In this document: piece after piece, positions 1-10,645 of the stretch
Layout: each line of letters opens with the position of its first letter
How positions within the stretch are numbered: position 1 is the stretch's first letter
Assembly (NCBI GenBank): GCA_977020255.1
Contig: CDROCS010001089.1
Location: 124,001-188,000, forward strand
Length of the DNA stretch: 64,000 nt
Direction of reading: 5' to 3'
Source of the DNA: Obrimoposthia wandeli
Lineage: Eukaryota
Notes under the pieces: model-generated
What the model saw: only the letters and a program-made list of their open reading frames with translations
Told to the model about the DNA's origin: nothing
The model's database searches: none
Made by a program: the position numbers and the translations under genes

Positions 1-534
1 AATTTCTTCTAAACGCTGCTCATATTGCTCAAACTTATCAAATGCTTTATTCAATGTTTCACGGTTAGTACGCTTGCGAACTTCTAATCTTGAGCGTCCA
101 GTTTGCTCTCTTACTAATAACTCTTTTTGCTTGGCGCGTGCAGCATCTAACTTAGATTGCAACTGGCCTATCTCATCGCTTAATAAGGCAATTTGTTCAT
201 CAATGAAAGATAATTCAGCTTCGCCCGCTTCAACCGCTTCTTGCGCACGGCGTTTTTCAATAAGTGCACCTTTAGCTAAATCTTCGCGCCCTTTACTGAT
301 CGCCAGCTCCGTTTTTTCCAACCAATTATGCGCATCTGCTTGTAGTGCTTTTACGCGGCGCTGAAGCTCCTTTTTATCGGCAATTATTTTTGCTGACGTG
401 GTGCGTACTTCAACTAACGTATCTTCCATCTCCTGAATCATCAAGCGAATCATTTTTTTAGGATCTTCAGCGCGATCCAAAATTGAAGTTATATTGGCAT
501 TTACGATATCTTGAAAACGTGAAAATATACCCAT
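1..534 (-). CDS. pspA: Phage shock protein A (3' end runs off the window)
   Basis: Manual translation from ATG at 534: MGIFSRFQDIVNANITSILDRAEDPKKMIRLMIQEMEDTLVEVRTTSAK..., the PspA N-terminus. RBS AAGGAAGG lies upstream, and the gene is divergent from pspF. Confidence 0.92.
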   Translation of the reverse strand, partial: MGIFSRFQDIVNANITSILDRAEDPKKMIRLMIQEMEDTLVEVRTTSAKIIADKKELQRRVKALQADAHNWLEKTELAISKGREDLAKGALIEKRRAQEAVEAGEAELSFIDEQIALLSDEIGQLQSKLDAARAKQKELLVREQTGRSRLEVRKRTNRETLNKAFDKFEQYEQRLEEI

Positions 535-624
535 GATGTAACCCTTCCTTTAATTATCTGTATTTTATCGAGTGTGTTGGATACTATTTTTAGCGACCTT
601 AACACTGTAATTGATAATACTTAT

Positions 625-641
625 TGCGATTACCGTGCCAA
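625..641 (-). promoter_or_regulatory. sigma54 -24/-12 promoter of pspA
   Basis: Minus strand TTGGCACGGTAATCGCA has GG and GC 12 bp apart, about 90 bp upstream of pspA, as expected for PspF activation. Confidence 0.75.
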
Positions 642-841
642 TTCTTAAATATCTTGTAAGCCACTGTTATATAACACTTAAATATATTTAGTTTTTTCCT
701 ATTAGCTTTCATTGTAATAATAATAACTAATATATAGTTATATAAGCTAATTTATGGTTTTATTGACGATTTATAAATAATTGCCGTAAACGTAAATAGC
801 ATAGCCATCTTATTAATAAACTGTCTTGGATGTGATCATCA

Positions 842-1909
842 ATGGAAAAGCAAACGATAATAGGTGAATCTGCTTTACTCGCTCAATCATTAGAGCATTT
901 AAGCTTAGTTGCTCCGCTTAATAAGCCAGTATTGATTATTGGCGAGCGTGGCACAGGTAAGGAGCTCATTGCAGAGCGCTTGCACTTTCTTTCTAAGCGC
1001 TGGGAAAAGCCATTTCTCAAACTTAATTGCGCAGCTTTGAGTGAAAGCCTATTAGAATCCACTTTATTCGGCCATGAAGCCGGCGCATTTACAGGCGCAA
1101 TGAAAACCCATAAAGGCTATTTTGAACGCGCTAGTGAAGGCACTTTGTTTTTAGATGAACTTGGCACTATCTCTACACGCGTACAAGAAAAGCTATTAAG
1201 AGTGATTGAATATGGTGAGTTTGAGCGCGTAGGTGGCCAGCATACTATTCAAGCAGATGTGCGTATTGTAACCGCCACTAACGCAGATCTAATCGATTTA
1301 GCACAGCAAGGTAAATTCAGAGCAGACCTGCTTGATAGGCTTGCTTTCGATGTTATCAATTTACCACCGTTGCGCTTGCGCGCAGAGGACATCCTTATCT
1401 TAGCCGAGCATTTTGCGATTTCTATAAGCAGAGAATTAGGCCGAGAAGTGTTCATGGGTTTTAGTGCTGGTGCAACCAAAGCATTGCAGCAGTACCACTG
1501 GCCTGGCAACATTCGCGAGCTAAAAAACGTTGTACAACGCAGCGTATATCGCCAACAAACCCCCGATGCCTTGATAGAAAATATTATAATAAACCCTTTT
1601 GCCACTTTGTGGCCCAGCCAGCACCCTTTGAACAAAGCTGACTCGGCGAGCAGTGAGTTAGCAAACGAGAACTCTGTAAAAAAACAATTTCAACCTGCTT
1701 ACGAACATACAACATCTGGATTAGATTTAAAGCAACAAGTGCAAAATTTTGAGTGCCAGTTGATAAAAAATAGTTTGCAGAAGCACCATTATCAACAGAA
1801 AAATACCGCTGCAGCTTTAGGCATTACCTACCACCAGCTGCGCGCTTATTTAAGAAAGTATCCAGATTTACACAACAAGAACAGCTCGCTAGAATGCTTA
1901 TCTGAGTGA
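842..1909 (+). CDS. pspF: PspF sigma54-dependent enhancer-binding activator
   Basis: Walker A GERGTGKE, GAFTGA motif, Walker B LFLDE and a C-terminal Fis-type HTH. It has no N-terminal sensor domain and is divergent from pspA. Confidence 0.92.
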   Translation: MEKQTIIGESALLAQSLEHLSLVAPLNKPVLIIGERGTGKELIAERLHFLSKRWEKPFLKLNCAALSESLLESTLFGHEAGAFTGAMKTHKGYFERASEGTLFLDELGTISTRVQEKLLRVIEYGEFERVGGQHTIQADVRIVTATNADLIDLAQQGKFRADLLDRLAFDVINLPPLRLRAEDILILAEHFAISISRELGREVFMGFSAGATKALQQYHWPGNIRELKNVVQRSVYRQQTPDALIENIIINPFATLWPSQHPLNKADSASSELANENSVKKQFQPAYEHTTSGLDLKQQVQNFECQLIKNSLQKHHYQQKNTAAALGITYHQLRAYLRKYPDLHNKNSSLECLSE

Positions 1910-2131
1910 CTTATTTGTGCGTATATTTTAAGCACTTAACTTTACGTATTTTCTTTTAAACACTCCTCCCAAAATTATAATTTACGGGCTGAAATGATAA
2001 TAAAATAATTGCCGCTTTATCGGCGCGAGCTTGCCACCAATTTAGTTCAGCATTAATATCATTACATGCTTATTTACTAATTATACAAAACTGCATTCAA
2101 ACAAATAGTTACATGCCTTCTGTGAAACCCA

Positions 2132-2144
2132 TAACTAGTTGATT
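2132..2144 (-). promoter_or_regulatory. IHF-binding site candidate
   Basis: Minus strand AATCAACTAGTTA matches WATCAANNNNTTR exactly, about 60-75 bp upstream of a sigma54 box. Confidence 0.5.
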
Positions 2145-2204
2145 TTATTTATTTAATATCCCCAGCCTATTACTCAGTGTCTTATACGCCTATCAGCTCT
2201 CTAT

Positions 2205-2221
2205 TTGGCCTGCATATTGCT
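2205..2221 (+). promoter_or_regulatory. sigma54 -24/-12 promoter candidate for the ATP-grasp gene
   Basis: TTGGCCTGCATATTGCT fits TGGC-N7-TTGCW (GG 2207-2208, GC 2219-2220) and lies 36 nt upstream of the ATG at 2257. Confidence 0.65.
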
Positions 2222-2256
2222 TACATGTTTGTATCTAATATTTTTGTAGGTACAAA

Positions 2257-3477
2257 ATGAGTCTTTCACTTCCTCTTGATTTGACAATAAAACCTCAGCA
2301 AAGTGATTATATAATCGGCTTAGCAGAACTAATGACGCGCACTTTTAAAGGCGAAGATTTATCAAAAACTGCGAGCGCTTTAATGACAAGAGCTCAACTT
2401 GATGACGCAAATGCATTATTTGATCTTTCAATACTGCTGCAACTACAAGGCAATAAAGAAACGGCTTTAGCCCTGCAAAAAGAAGCGCTTAGCCAGCAGC
2501 AATTATTCACCTTGAATCCGACTAGCAATAGCTCAACATTAAAATTGTTATCTATTTGCACTACCGGGGATTTAATGACTAACACCCCGCTAGAGTTTAT
2601 AGCCGACGGAGCGGGTTTTCACATGCAAACCCTCTACATTGCTGATCATTTACCGCTTCCTCAAGTAGTGCCAGAACACGATATTGCAATTGTGGCGATT
2701 AGCGAACTGGATAGAAATTTGCCCAGCTTTCCACGCGTTGAGCATTTTATATCTCAATTGAATTCTTTTGTTTTAAATACTCCATCGAATATCGCCCAAT
2801 TGTCACGTGATTTAGTCAGTCAGAATTTGCAGAACCTAGACGGTATTGAAGTTCCGATAACCGCCAGAGCTAGCTATGAGCAACTGCGCAGCGAAGTACT
2901 TTCTGAAATTGCAGCAAGATTAGGGGCGACAATCGATTTCCCGATTATTATCCGCCCTATCGATTCTCATGCTGGTAATCAATTAGAAAAAGTTGACTGC
3001 CAATTAGCACTAAGAAATTACTTAAGCGCCAACCAAAACCCAGAGTTTTTCATCGCACCTTTCGTTGATTATCGCAGTATTGATGGTTTGTACAAAAAAT
3101 ACCGCATCATGGTAATTGACGGTAAGCCTTTCATTGCGCACATGGCTATTTCTGAACACTGGATGATCCACTATCTAAATGCGGGTATGATTGAAAACGC
3201 TGAAAAGCGGTTTGCAGAAGCTCAAGCAATGGGTCACTTTGAGCAGGGCTTTGCGCTTAAACATCAAGCAGCGTTCGCCACTTTGGCTGAGAAAATAGGG
3301 CTTGAATATTTTGGTATTGACTGCGCTGAATCTCAAGATGGAAAACTACTTATTTTTGAAGCCTGCGCATCTTTGAACGTTCACGCCATGGATTGCGAAA
3401 AGACTTTCCCTTACAAGAAAGTTCAAATGCAGAAGCTTTTTGATGCTTTCTTACAAATGCTAGAAGATAAGAAATAG
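2257..3477 (+). CDS. Uncharacterised ATP-grasp (RimK/glutathione synthetase-like) protein with a helical N-terminal extension
   Basis: ATP-grasp-like segments FPIIIRPIDSHAGNQL, FIAPFVDY..KYRIMVIDGK and YFGIDCAESQDGKLLIFEA. Confidence 0.6.
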   Translation: MSLSLPLDLTIKPQQSDYIIGLAELMTRTFKGEDLSKTASALMTRAQLDDANALFDLSILLQLQGNKETALALQKEALSQQQLFTLNPTSNSSTLKLLSICTTGDLMTNTPLEFIADGAGFHMQTLYIADHLPLPQVVPEHDIAIVAISELDRNLPSFPRVEHFISQLNSFVLNTPSNIAQLSRDLVSQNLQNLDGIEVPITARASYEQLRSEVLSEIAARLGATIDFPIIIRPIDSHAGNQLEKVDCQLALRNYLSANQNPEFFIAPFVDYRSIDGLYKKYRIMVIDGKPFIAHMAISEHWMIHYLNAGMIENAEKRFAEAQAMGHFEQGFALKHQAAFATLAEKIGLEYFGIDCAESQDGKLLIFEACASLNVHAMDCEKTFPYKKVQMQKLFDAFLQMLEDKK

Positions 3478-3479
3478 AA

Positions 3480-3535
3480 GTTGCGAGTTGCGAGTTGCGA
3501 GTTGCGAGTTGCGAGTTGCGAGTTGCGAGTTGCGA
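3480..3535. repeat. Perfect heptamer tandem repeat (GTTGCGA)x8
   Basis: Eight exact copies read directly, starting 2 nt after the ATP-grasp stop codon in a convergent intergenic region. Confidence 0.97.
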
Positions 3536-3624
3536 AATTATGAATAAATAACGATGCATACCGCAACGTTATTTATGGAATCTTTAGCGAAAAGACGCCC
3601 TTTTTAAACCATTCCGTACACGCA

Positions 3625-4278
3625 CTATGGCTTTAAGGCTATCTTCTTGTTCTTTCTATCCGGGTAGCAAGTGCGGCAGATTTCACACTCTAAACCAAAA
3701 CAGCTACGTGCTTGGCAATGTTCGCGCGCGTAGTAAATGATTTGTAAATGAATATCGATCCAACGCTCTTTTGGAAACAATTTTTTCAAATCTATTTCAG
3801 TTTGTTGTACGTTCTTTCCCTTGGTTAATCCCCAACGCTGCGCTAAGCGGTGAATATGCGTATCTACCGCAAACGCAGGATGTCCAAATGCTTGGCTCAT
3901 GACGACCGATGCCGTTTTATGTCCAACCCCTGGTAGCTTTTCCAAATCAATAAAATTGTCTGGTACTTGCCCATCGTGCTGCTCAATTAGCATAGTTGAC
4001 AACACACTAATCGCTTTCGATTTCTGTGGAGATAATCCACAGGGCCTAATAATTGCCTTTATATCTTCTACAGTAACTTTTGCCATTGCTGCCGGTGTTT
4101 TTGCTAATGCAAATAATGCTGGTGTCACGGTGTTTACGCGCGCATCGGTACATTGCGCAGAAAGTAAAACGGCAATTAAAAGAGAAAATGCATCGCTATG
4201 ATCTAGTGGGATAGGAGGTGATGGGTATAATTCTTGTAAGCGTTGATCTATATACGCGGCGCGTTCTTTTTTAAGCAT
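3625..4278 (-). CDS. nth: Endonuclease III (HhH-GPD DNA glycosylase)
   Basis: LLIAVLLSAQCTDARVN, HhH LPGVGHKTA, catalytic VDTH and a C-terminal Cys cluster. Confidence 0.9.
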   Translation of the reverse strand: MLKKERAAYIDQRLQELYPSPPIPLDHSDAFSLLIAVLLSAQCTDARVNTVTPALFALAKTPAAMAKVTVEDIKAIIRPCGLSPQKSKAISVLSTMLIEQHDGQVPDNFIDLEKLPGVGHKTASVVMSQAFGHPAFAVDTHIHRLAQRWGLTKGKNVQQTEIDLKKLFPKERWIDIHLQIIYYAREHCQARSCFGLECEICRTCYPDRKNKKIALKP

Positions 4279-4402
4279 ATTGTGCCCGATAACTGAAAAT
4301 AAGTTAGCGCAGTATACCTAAAAATCAGCTGAGCAGAGGAGGTAAATATTCAGGCACTAAATACTTGCGCTATAGACTCATCGTTAAACACTACAATGTA
4401 TA

Positions 4403-6730
4403 TCACTGCACAAAAAAATAAATCATATCATTATTACCATGCTCGTCAACAACACTAAGCTGAAAGCGCCCGGTACGTTGAATCACAATATTTAATGCAT
4501 TATGAGCCGCTTTGGAGCCTAAATATTTACCGTTCAAATACCAGTATCTTAAACCTTTTCCTCCCTGAGCTTGTAACTGCAAATCCAACCCTTTAGAACT
4601 CCCTTGCGACTGATATTGGGATTTAAATTGATAGAAGCTTTGATCCGCAATTGAAGTGATGCGAATCTTCCAAGGCTGCGTTAATAGTTGTGGACAGTTT
4701 TCACTTGGGTCGCCCAGTAAAGCTGCTCGGCGAAATTTAGTGGCTATCCAAGGCTCAAGATTAACCGGCCAAAGCGCTACTTGCGCCTTCACTAATGTGT
4801 CATTATCGCAGCTAGGATCTACTCGTTTACCAAGCCCGTTGCGCCACATTGCTTTGAGTTGAGCCTGCTCAGAAATTGTTGGTGCTATAGTATTATCTAG
4901 CACCCAAGCGGACTTTTTTTGCTGGCAATTCTCTCCTGCATTTTCAATTTCTGTTGTGCTAGTGCCCAATGGCCAACATATTTGCCTGTTAGTTACCGAT
5001 GCTGGCATTTCTAGCACTTTACTGCGCGATAACGCTCTTGATACTTTAAACAGTAGCGGCGCAGCAGTGCTACGCCCAGATAAACCCGGAGATGAACTTG
5101 CATCTGGACGGCCAACCCACACCCCAATCGTCCATTTTTTAGTGACTCCCATAGACCATGCTTCGCGATAACCATAGCTAGTACCGGTTTTCCACGCTAA
5201 TTGCCACTGATTATCAAGCCTGTCACTGCTGCTGTTGCTTTGTGGATTAATCGCCAGCATTTTCCAGGTAATCCAAGCAGCTCCTGGGCTAAGCAAATAG
5301 CGTTCTACTGTTGGCTGATCGGCTGTAAACTTGGGCTTTATAGTAATGCCATCTCGCCCTAGCGCTGAATATGCCGTTACTAATTGCTCTAACTTTGTGC
5401 CAACACCGCCTAATATCATCGAAACATTTGGCTTCTTAGCTCCTGGCCCATATAGCTTTAACCCTGCTGACTGTAACTTCCCTGCAAAGTACGCTGGCTT
5501 TAACTGTTCTAGCACTTGTACCGCTGGGATGTTTAAAGAGCGTTGTAGTGCTCGAGTCACACTAACAGGGCCGTTGAAGCCACCACTAAAGTTTCGTGGC
5601 CGATAAGCTTTTTGGTAACGCGGCGCATCTTGTAATAACGATTGTGAATGAATAAGTCCCCTATCTAATGCTAAGCCATACAAAAAAGGCTTTAAGGTAG
5701 AGCCAGGTGAGCGCACCGCTTGAATCATATCAACATGGCCAAAACGTTGATTATTCAAAAACTGAGCAGAGCCTATATAACTGCGTACCGCTGCTGTTTT
5801 GTTTTCCATCACCATCACAGCCACAGAAACGCCCTCAGCTAAGGTGCGGCTATAATCACTGACTAATGCCTCTAGCTGTCGCTGCATTTCAATGTCGATT
5901 AAGGTCGCTATTTTTTCACAGTTCGCACATTGCTTTTTTAAGCGCCTAGCCAACAAAGGGGCTAACAGTGGAGCGTTTTGTTCCAGGGAAAAGATAGGCT
6001 CAACCAAGGCATCTTGTACACGTTTTTGTGGCCAAATACCTAGTTGTTGCATACGCATCAATACTTTATTGCGAGCTGCTTGCGCGGCTTGTGGATGTCT
6101 ATCTGGGCGCCATCTGCTGGGCGCTTGAGGCAGTACTGCTAATAACGCTGCTTCTGCATCACTCAGCTGAGCCAAAGGTTTATCAAAATAGCTAACACTT
6201 GCAGCTTGCACACCGATGAGCGTACCACCAAAAGGCGCTAAATTGAGATACAAATTGAGTATTTGAGCTTTGCTTAAATGCCATTCAAGCTGCAAAGCAC
6301 GCAGTGTCTGTTGTAGCTTACCTTTAATACTACGCGAATGCGGTGTTAATAATCGGGCAACTTGCATGGTAAGCGTAGATCCGCCTGACACAATTGTGTT
6401 GGCCCAAAAATTTTGCCACATAGCGCGCATTATCGAAAAGGGATTGACCCCAAAATGATAATAAAACCAGCGGTCTTCATAACTTAGCAACAGCTCTAAA
6501 TAACGCTTGGGCACTTGGCTATTTTCGATAGGGTAGCGCCACTGCTGCTGCTCATTACTAAAAGCGCGTAGCACTTCACCATTACTGGCAAGCACCACGG
6601 TACTAAAAGATTTTTGCGTTTTCATAGGGTAGCTATAATCTAATAGCGCTAAGCAAGCCACCACACAAAGGCAGCCTATAATAGCTAATTTACCCGTTTT
6701 TTTACTCAGTATCATTGCCTTTATTGTCAA
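4403..6730 (-). CDS. pbpC: Penicillin-binding protein 1C
   Basis: Transglycosylase motifs EDRWF and GGSTLTMQVAR, transpeptidase SxxK (STLKP) and KTGT, and a BiPBP_C-like tail. It lies directly downstream of the alpha-2-macroglobulin gene. Confidence 0.92.
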   Translation of the reverse strand: MTIKAMILSKKTGKLAIIGCLCVVACLALLDYSYPMKTQKSFSTVVLASNGEVLRAFSNEQQQWRYPIENSQVPKRYLELLLSYEDRWFYYHFGVNPFSIMRAMWQNFWANTIVSGGSTLTMQVARLLTPHSRSIKGKLQQTLRALQLEWHLSKAQILNLYLNLAPFGGTLIGVQAASVSYFDKPLAQLSDAEAALLAVLPQAPSRWRPDRHPQAAQAARNKVLMRMQQLGIWPQKRVQDALVEPIFSLEQNAPLLAPLLARRLKKQCANCEKIATLIDIEMQRQLEALVSDYSRTLAEGVSVAVMVMENKTAAVRSYIGSAQFLNNQRFGHVDMIQAVRSPGSTLKPFLYGLALDRGLIHSQSLLQDAPRYQKAYRPRNFSGGFNGPVSVTRALQRSLNIPAVQVLEQLKPAYFAGKLQSAGLKLYGPGAKKPNVSMILGGVGTKLEQLVTAYSALGRDGITIKPKFTADQPTVERYLLSPGAAWITWKMLAINPQSNSSSDRLDNQWQLAWKTGTSYGYREAWSMGVTKKWTIGVWVGRPDASSSPGLSGRSTAAPLLFKVSRALSRSKVLEMPASVTNRQICWPLGTSTTEIENAGENCQQKKSAWVLDNTIAPTISEQAQLKAMWRNGLGKRVDPSCDNDTLVKAQVALWPVNLEPWIATKFRRAALLGDPSENCPQLLTQPWKIRITSIADQSFYQFKSQYQSQGSSKGLDLQLQAQGGKGLRYWYLNGKYLGSKAAHNALNIVIQRTGRFQLSVVDEHGNNDMIYFFVQ

Positions 6731-6734
6731 TCTT

Positions 6735-9700
6735 TTATCTTGCTAATACCGTTAATTTACCCGCACTTGAACCTTGATGGCGCAGCTTGGGCCGATACAT
6801 ATCTTCGCCAAAGGTTGCAGGTACTGTGTAGGTCCCTGGTGATACTGCACGCACTAAATAGTAAACGCGCACAAGGCGGTTTTTGGGTAAATCAATGGCC
6901 ATCACAAATCGGTCATCACGATATTCTTGGTACGCAATGGCTAGTTCGTACATTATCTCAGAGATCTTTTCGCCGTTAACTCGCAAGCTATCTTGATCAT
7001 AGCTATCCGCTAGGTTTTGGTTTTCAATCTCCAGCCCTGCCGGTAACAAATCAACTAGTAAAGCATGTCGCATACGCTCTTCTGCCCTTACGGATAGCTC
7101 GACTATTAATTTATCGCCACTGGTTAATTGCTTAGCGCTAAACTCTTTCCCGTCAAGGTCATAATAACGACGCTCTATCTGCAAAGCATTATCGATAGCA
7201 GCAGGCGCGGTTTTTTCATAACCTGATGAGCGCAAGTTAAGGTATACGTTTTCTTTTGCTAAATTAGTGACCTTAATTGCTTGTTGTAATGCATCACTGC
7301 TAAGTTGTTGCTGCAAATAACTGATGGTTTTGGTTACTTTTTTTGCATCAATTTCGAGCGCTAACTGCAATTGATTAGCGGTGGCTGTTTTTAGCGTTTT
7401 ACCTAATAAAAACAGCGCGTTTCGCTCTTGTGTGCTCAACCAGTTTTTGTTTTGTAAGCGCGCAGTCAATTCCAGTAATAGCGGATGCCACTGCTCACTA
7501 CTTGCATTAGCTTCTAATAACCAAAAGCTTGATAGCGCTAAATCCCTGACGGCACTGGCGTAATAAATAGCGTGTTCATTGGTTTTATCAATATTCACCA
7601 GCCTTACAACAGCTTCTTCAATGGCCTTGTTTGCACGCGTTTTATCTCCAGCAGATTGTAATGCTAACCCCAACTGCAACAATGACATAGGGGTTTGTTG
7701 GCCGTTTTTGTTGTCAAACATGCGACGCAAAATAGAGAGCGGCGCTTGCTTGTAACGTGCCAAGACTTGCCCTGCATAAGCGCGAATAGCAAATTTTGTC
7801 GTTTGATTTATATCCTCGTAATAGCTGCTTATTTTACTAGGGCTACGTAAATAAATTTTTATTCTCTGTAGTGCTTTTTGTAAATTTGCCTGCGGTACTT
7901 GATAACCTAAATCTTGTGCACGTAGTAAAAAATCGACCACATACACGCTCAGCCAATGCTCTTCAGGACTTTGCTGTGACCAAAGGCCAAAACCACCACT
8001 ACCTCGCTGCATAGATTGTAAACGTTGAATAGCTAACTCAATCGCTTTCGCACGCGCTTTTAAATCGCTGCCTTTAATTCCCAAATCTGCTAACAGCAGG
8101 TCGTTCACATAGAGCTGTGGAAAAACACCACTTGTGGTTTGCTCTAAGCAGCCATAAGGGTAAGCTTTTAGCGCATTAAAATGGCTGGCGATATCTAGCG
8201 GTGGTTGATTCGATACATTTAACTGCCCACTCAAACTATTCGTTAAATAGTTATCCAGTTCTTTACCTGTTAGCGCAAAGCTCTCATTGGTTGATAACAC
8301 CGCTTGCATCAGCTTGTCGGTTTTAGGCCAACTCGGGGCGATGGATAACTGCCAGTGTCGATCTTGAGTTTGTATCTGAGCCGTGCCTTTAAGGGCAATA
8401 TTTTCAACGCTTAAATCAATCTCAACTGAGCGATAATTAGCGCTGGCTACAATCGGGAAATACAGTATTTTCTTGCTAGATTTAGTTAATTTCACGCTAA
8501 GTTGTTGGCGCTGCTTATCACCACCATCAGCACTACTAAAGCTAAGCCCATCACCCAGTGACAATTGCACTGTTAAAGTTTGATCAAGCGCAGTTAAATT
8601 ATTTAAATCTAATGCGAGTTGCGATTTATCCCCCGCGCGTAATAATCTTGGCTTGGTTAATTGAGCCACAATAGGCGCGGCTACTGTTAACTCTTTTTCA
8701 GCACTACCAAAACTTTGCTCAGAAAAGGCCACGGCCATTAATCGCAGTCGTCCATTAAAATTGGGAATATCCATCACCACAACAGCTTTGCGCTTGCCAC
8801 TTTCATCAATCTCGACATCCACTACGCCTGAGAATAACGAGACTATTTGCACATCAGGGTCTGCTTCACCGTTTTGTACAGCATCACTATCGCCACCAAA
8901 CTTTAACTGCGCTAGCACGCCATCTTCTGCATTGATCAAATCACTGTAGCTATCACGAGCGCTTACACCGTAAGCGCGCTGCTGGAAAAAACCTGTGAAT
9001 GGATCAGGTGATTCGAAACGTGAAATATTTAAAATACCCACATCGACTGCTGCTACCGTGACTTGCACAGGCCCAGCTATTTCATTGCCATTACCTACAA
9101 TGGTTAATGGGACGCGCAACTGGGTATTGGGTAACACTTTTTCGGGCGTGTTTATCTGCACTTGTAGCTTGCGAGACTCTCTATCTAAACGCAGTGGAAT
9201 AACTCCCATCATGCGCCTTGGCAACTTTTCTTCGCGCTCTGCCCCCGGTTGAATCAGCAATACCGATATATATAAATTGTGCGTGTCCCACAGTTTATCT
9301 ATTTTAAAGCTTGCAGTGCCGCCGGTAGCCGGTATATCTATTATTTGGCGATGTAACTGTTTATCGGATTCTACTAATAAGTAACCTCGCCCAGCGGCTG
9401 GTGCTTTAATCTCAACTTCTACAGTATCGCCGCTTTGGTAGCTTTGTTGGTTCAATGCTAAACCAATACGATCAGGGCGCCCTGCCATTACGGTTTCATC
9501 AGCGCTCCAACCTGCTCTAAACTTATAACCAGTCACTATATTCGTGGCAGGGTTTAGCACTTCAATGCGATAGTGGCCCCATTCTACTGGCAGTGAAATC
9601 TTAGCAGTACCGCCTGCTTTTATATCTACGTTGCGCGTACTAACGGTAAAGTGGCGCTCGGTATAATCTGCAGTCCAACCTTCACTTTCGGTATATAGCC

Positions 9701-10574
9701 AATGGTAATTACGCTTCTCGCGGACCAGCTTTACCTGTAATCCTTGAGCAGCTAATTTTTTATCGCCATCACTCAATACAATTGCAAAATTAGCACTGCC
9801 GTCATAGGGCGCCGTATCTTCTGCAAATAAAGGTCTTATCCCAACGAGTTCAGTAGCAGGTAAAGCCACACTGCTGACTGATTGATTAACGGGCCTACCG
9901 CCACTATCTAAAAGACTGGTGTATAATTTTAAATGTACTGGCGTATTCGCTCCTTGCCAGTTATTTTGCGCACTAACACTTAAGTTACCATTCGCATCTA
10001 GTTTTTTATCATCCAGCGAGACTCTATTGCTCACATTACTTAACTGCGGATTAGCAAAATAATATTTTTCAAACGCCTTAAAAGGATGCTGTGCTAAACG
10101 AGTTACTAACTCACTTTGCAAAACATTACCAACAGCAGGAGCGCCGTATAAATAGCTACCATTAACCAATACTTTAAAACGCTGTTGATTATCAATAAAT
10201 GGCTCGGTTTTTAACGAAAGTGCCATGCGTTGTGGTAAAAAATCTTCAACTTGTATCTCATATTGGCTTTCCTGTTGCCCTGCCATTTGTGCAGTAACAG
10301 ACCACTGCCCAGTCGCAGCATCTTTTGGCAATAACCAATCACTAGCGTAGTAACCTAAAGCGTTAGCTCGAATACGTTGCTCACTTGCAACGCGCCCATT
10401 CGGTTGTTTTAATTGGAAAGTAATCACTTGTGGTGGTAGCAGTTTCCCATCACTATCACGCAATAAAGCACTGATATTCAAAGACTCCCCCGGTCGATAT
10501 AAATCACGTTCACTATAAATAAATAGCTGTTGTGCAGTGTTGGCGATCCCTGTAACGTGGGAAATCAGAGTATT
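6735..10574 (-). pseudogene. yfhM: Bacterial alpha-2-macroglobulin, C-terminal part (interrupted gene)
   Basis: Thioester motif YPYGCLEQ and terminal EDMYRP. The frame is open from 10574 and includes LFIYSERDLYRPGE upstream of the TTG at 10481, so that TTG is not a natural start. Confidence 0.8.
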
Positions 10575-10645
10575 TTAACTTTGTGACTGAATAACTGAAT
10601 AATGATAGGTTGTTGCTGGCAAAAGATTAACAATTTGATGTTGAT

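Noticed and set aside
74-364. 96-aa plus-strand ORF and the many similar short antisense ORFs in the track
   Set aside because: These are shadow frames of well-supported genes on the opposite strand (here pspA) and have no motifs of their own.
3480-3535. CRISPR array
   Set aside because: There are no spacers and the unit is 7 bp. No repeat-spacer structure or cas gene was seen anywhere in the window.
3350-3559. 69-aa ORF with ATRNSQL repeats
   Set aside because: It is the antisense translation of the GTTGCGA tandem repeat and overlaps the ATP-grasp gene.
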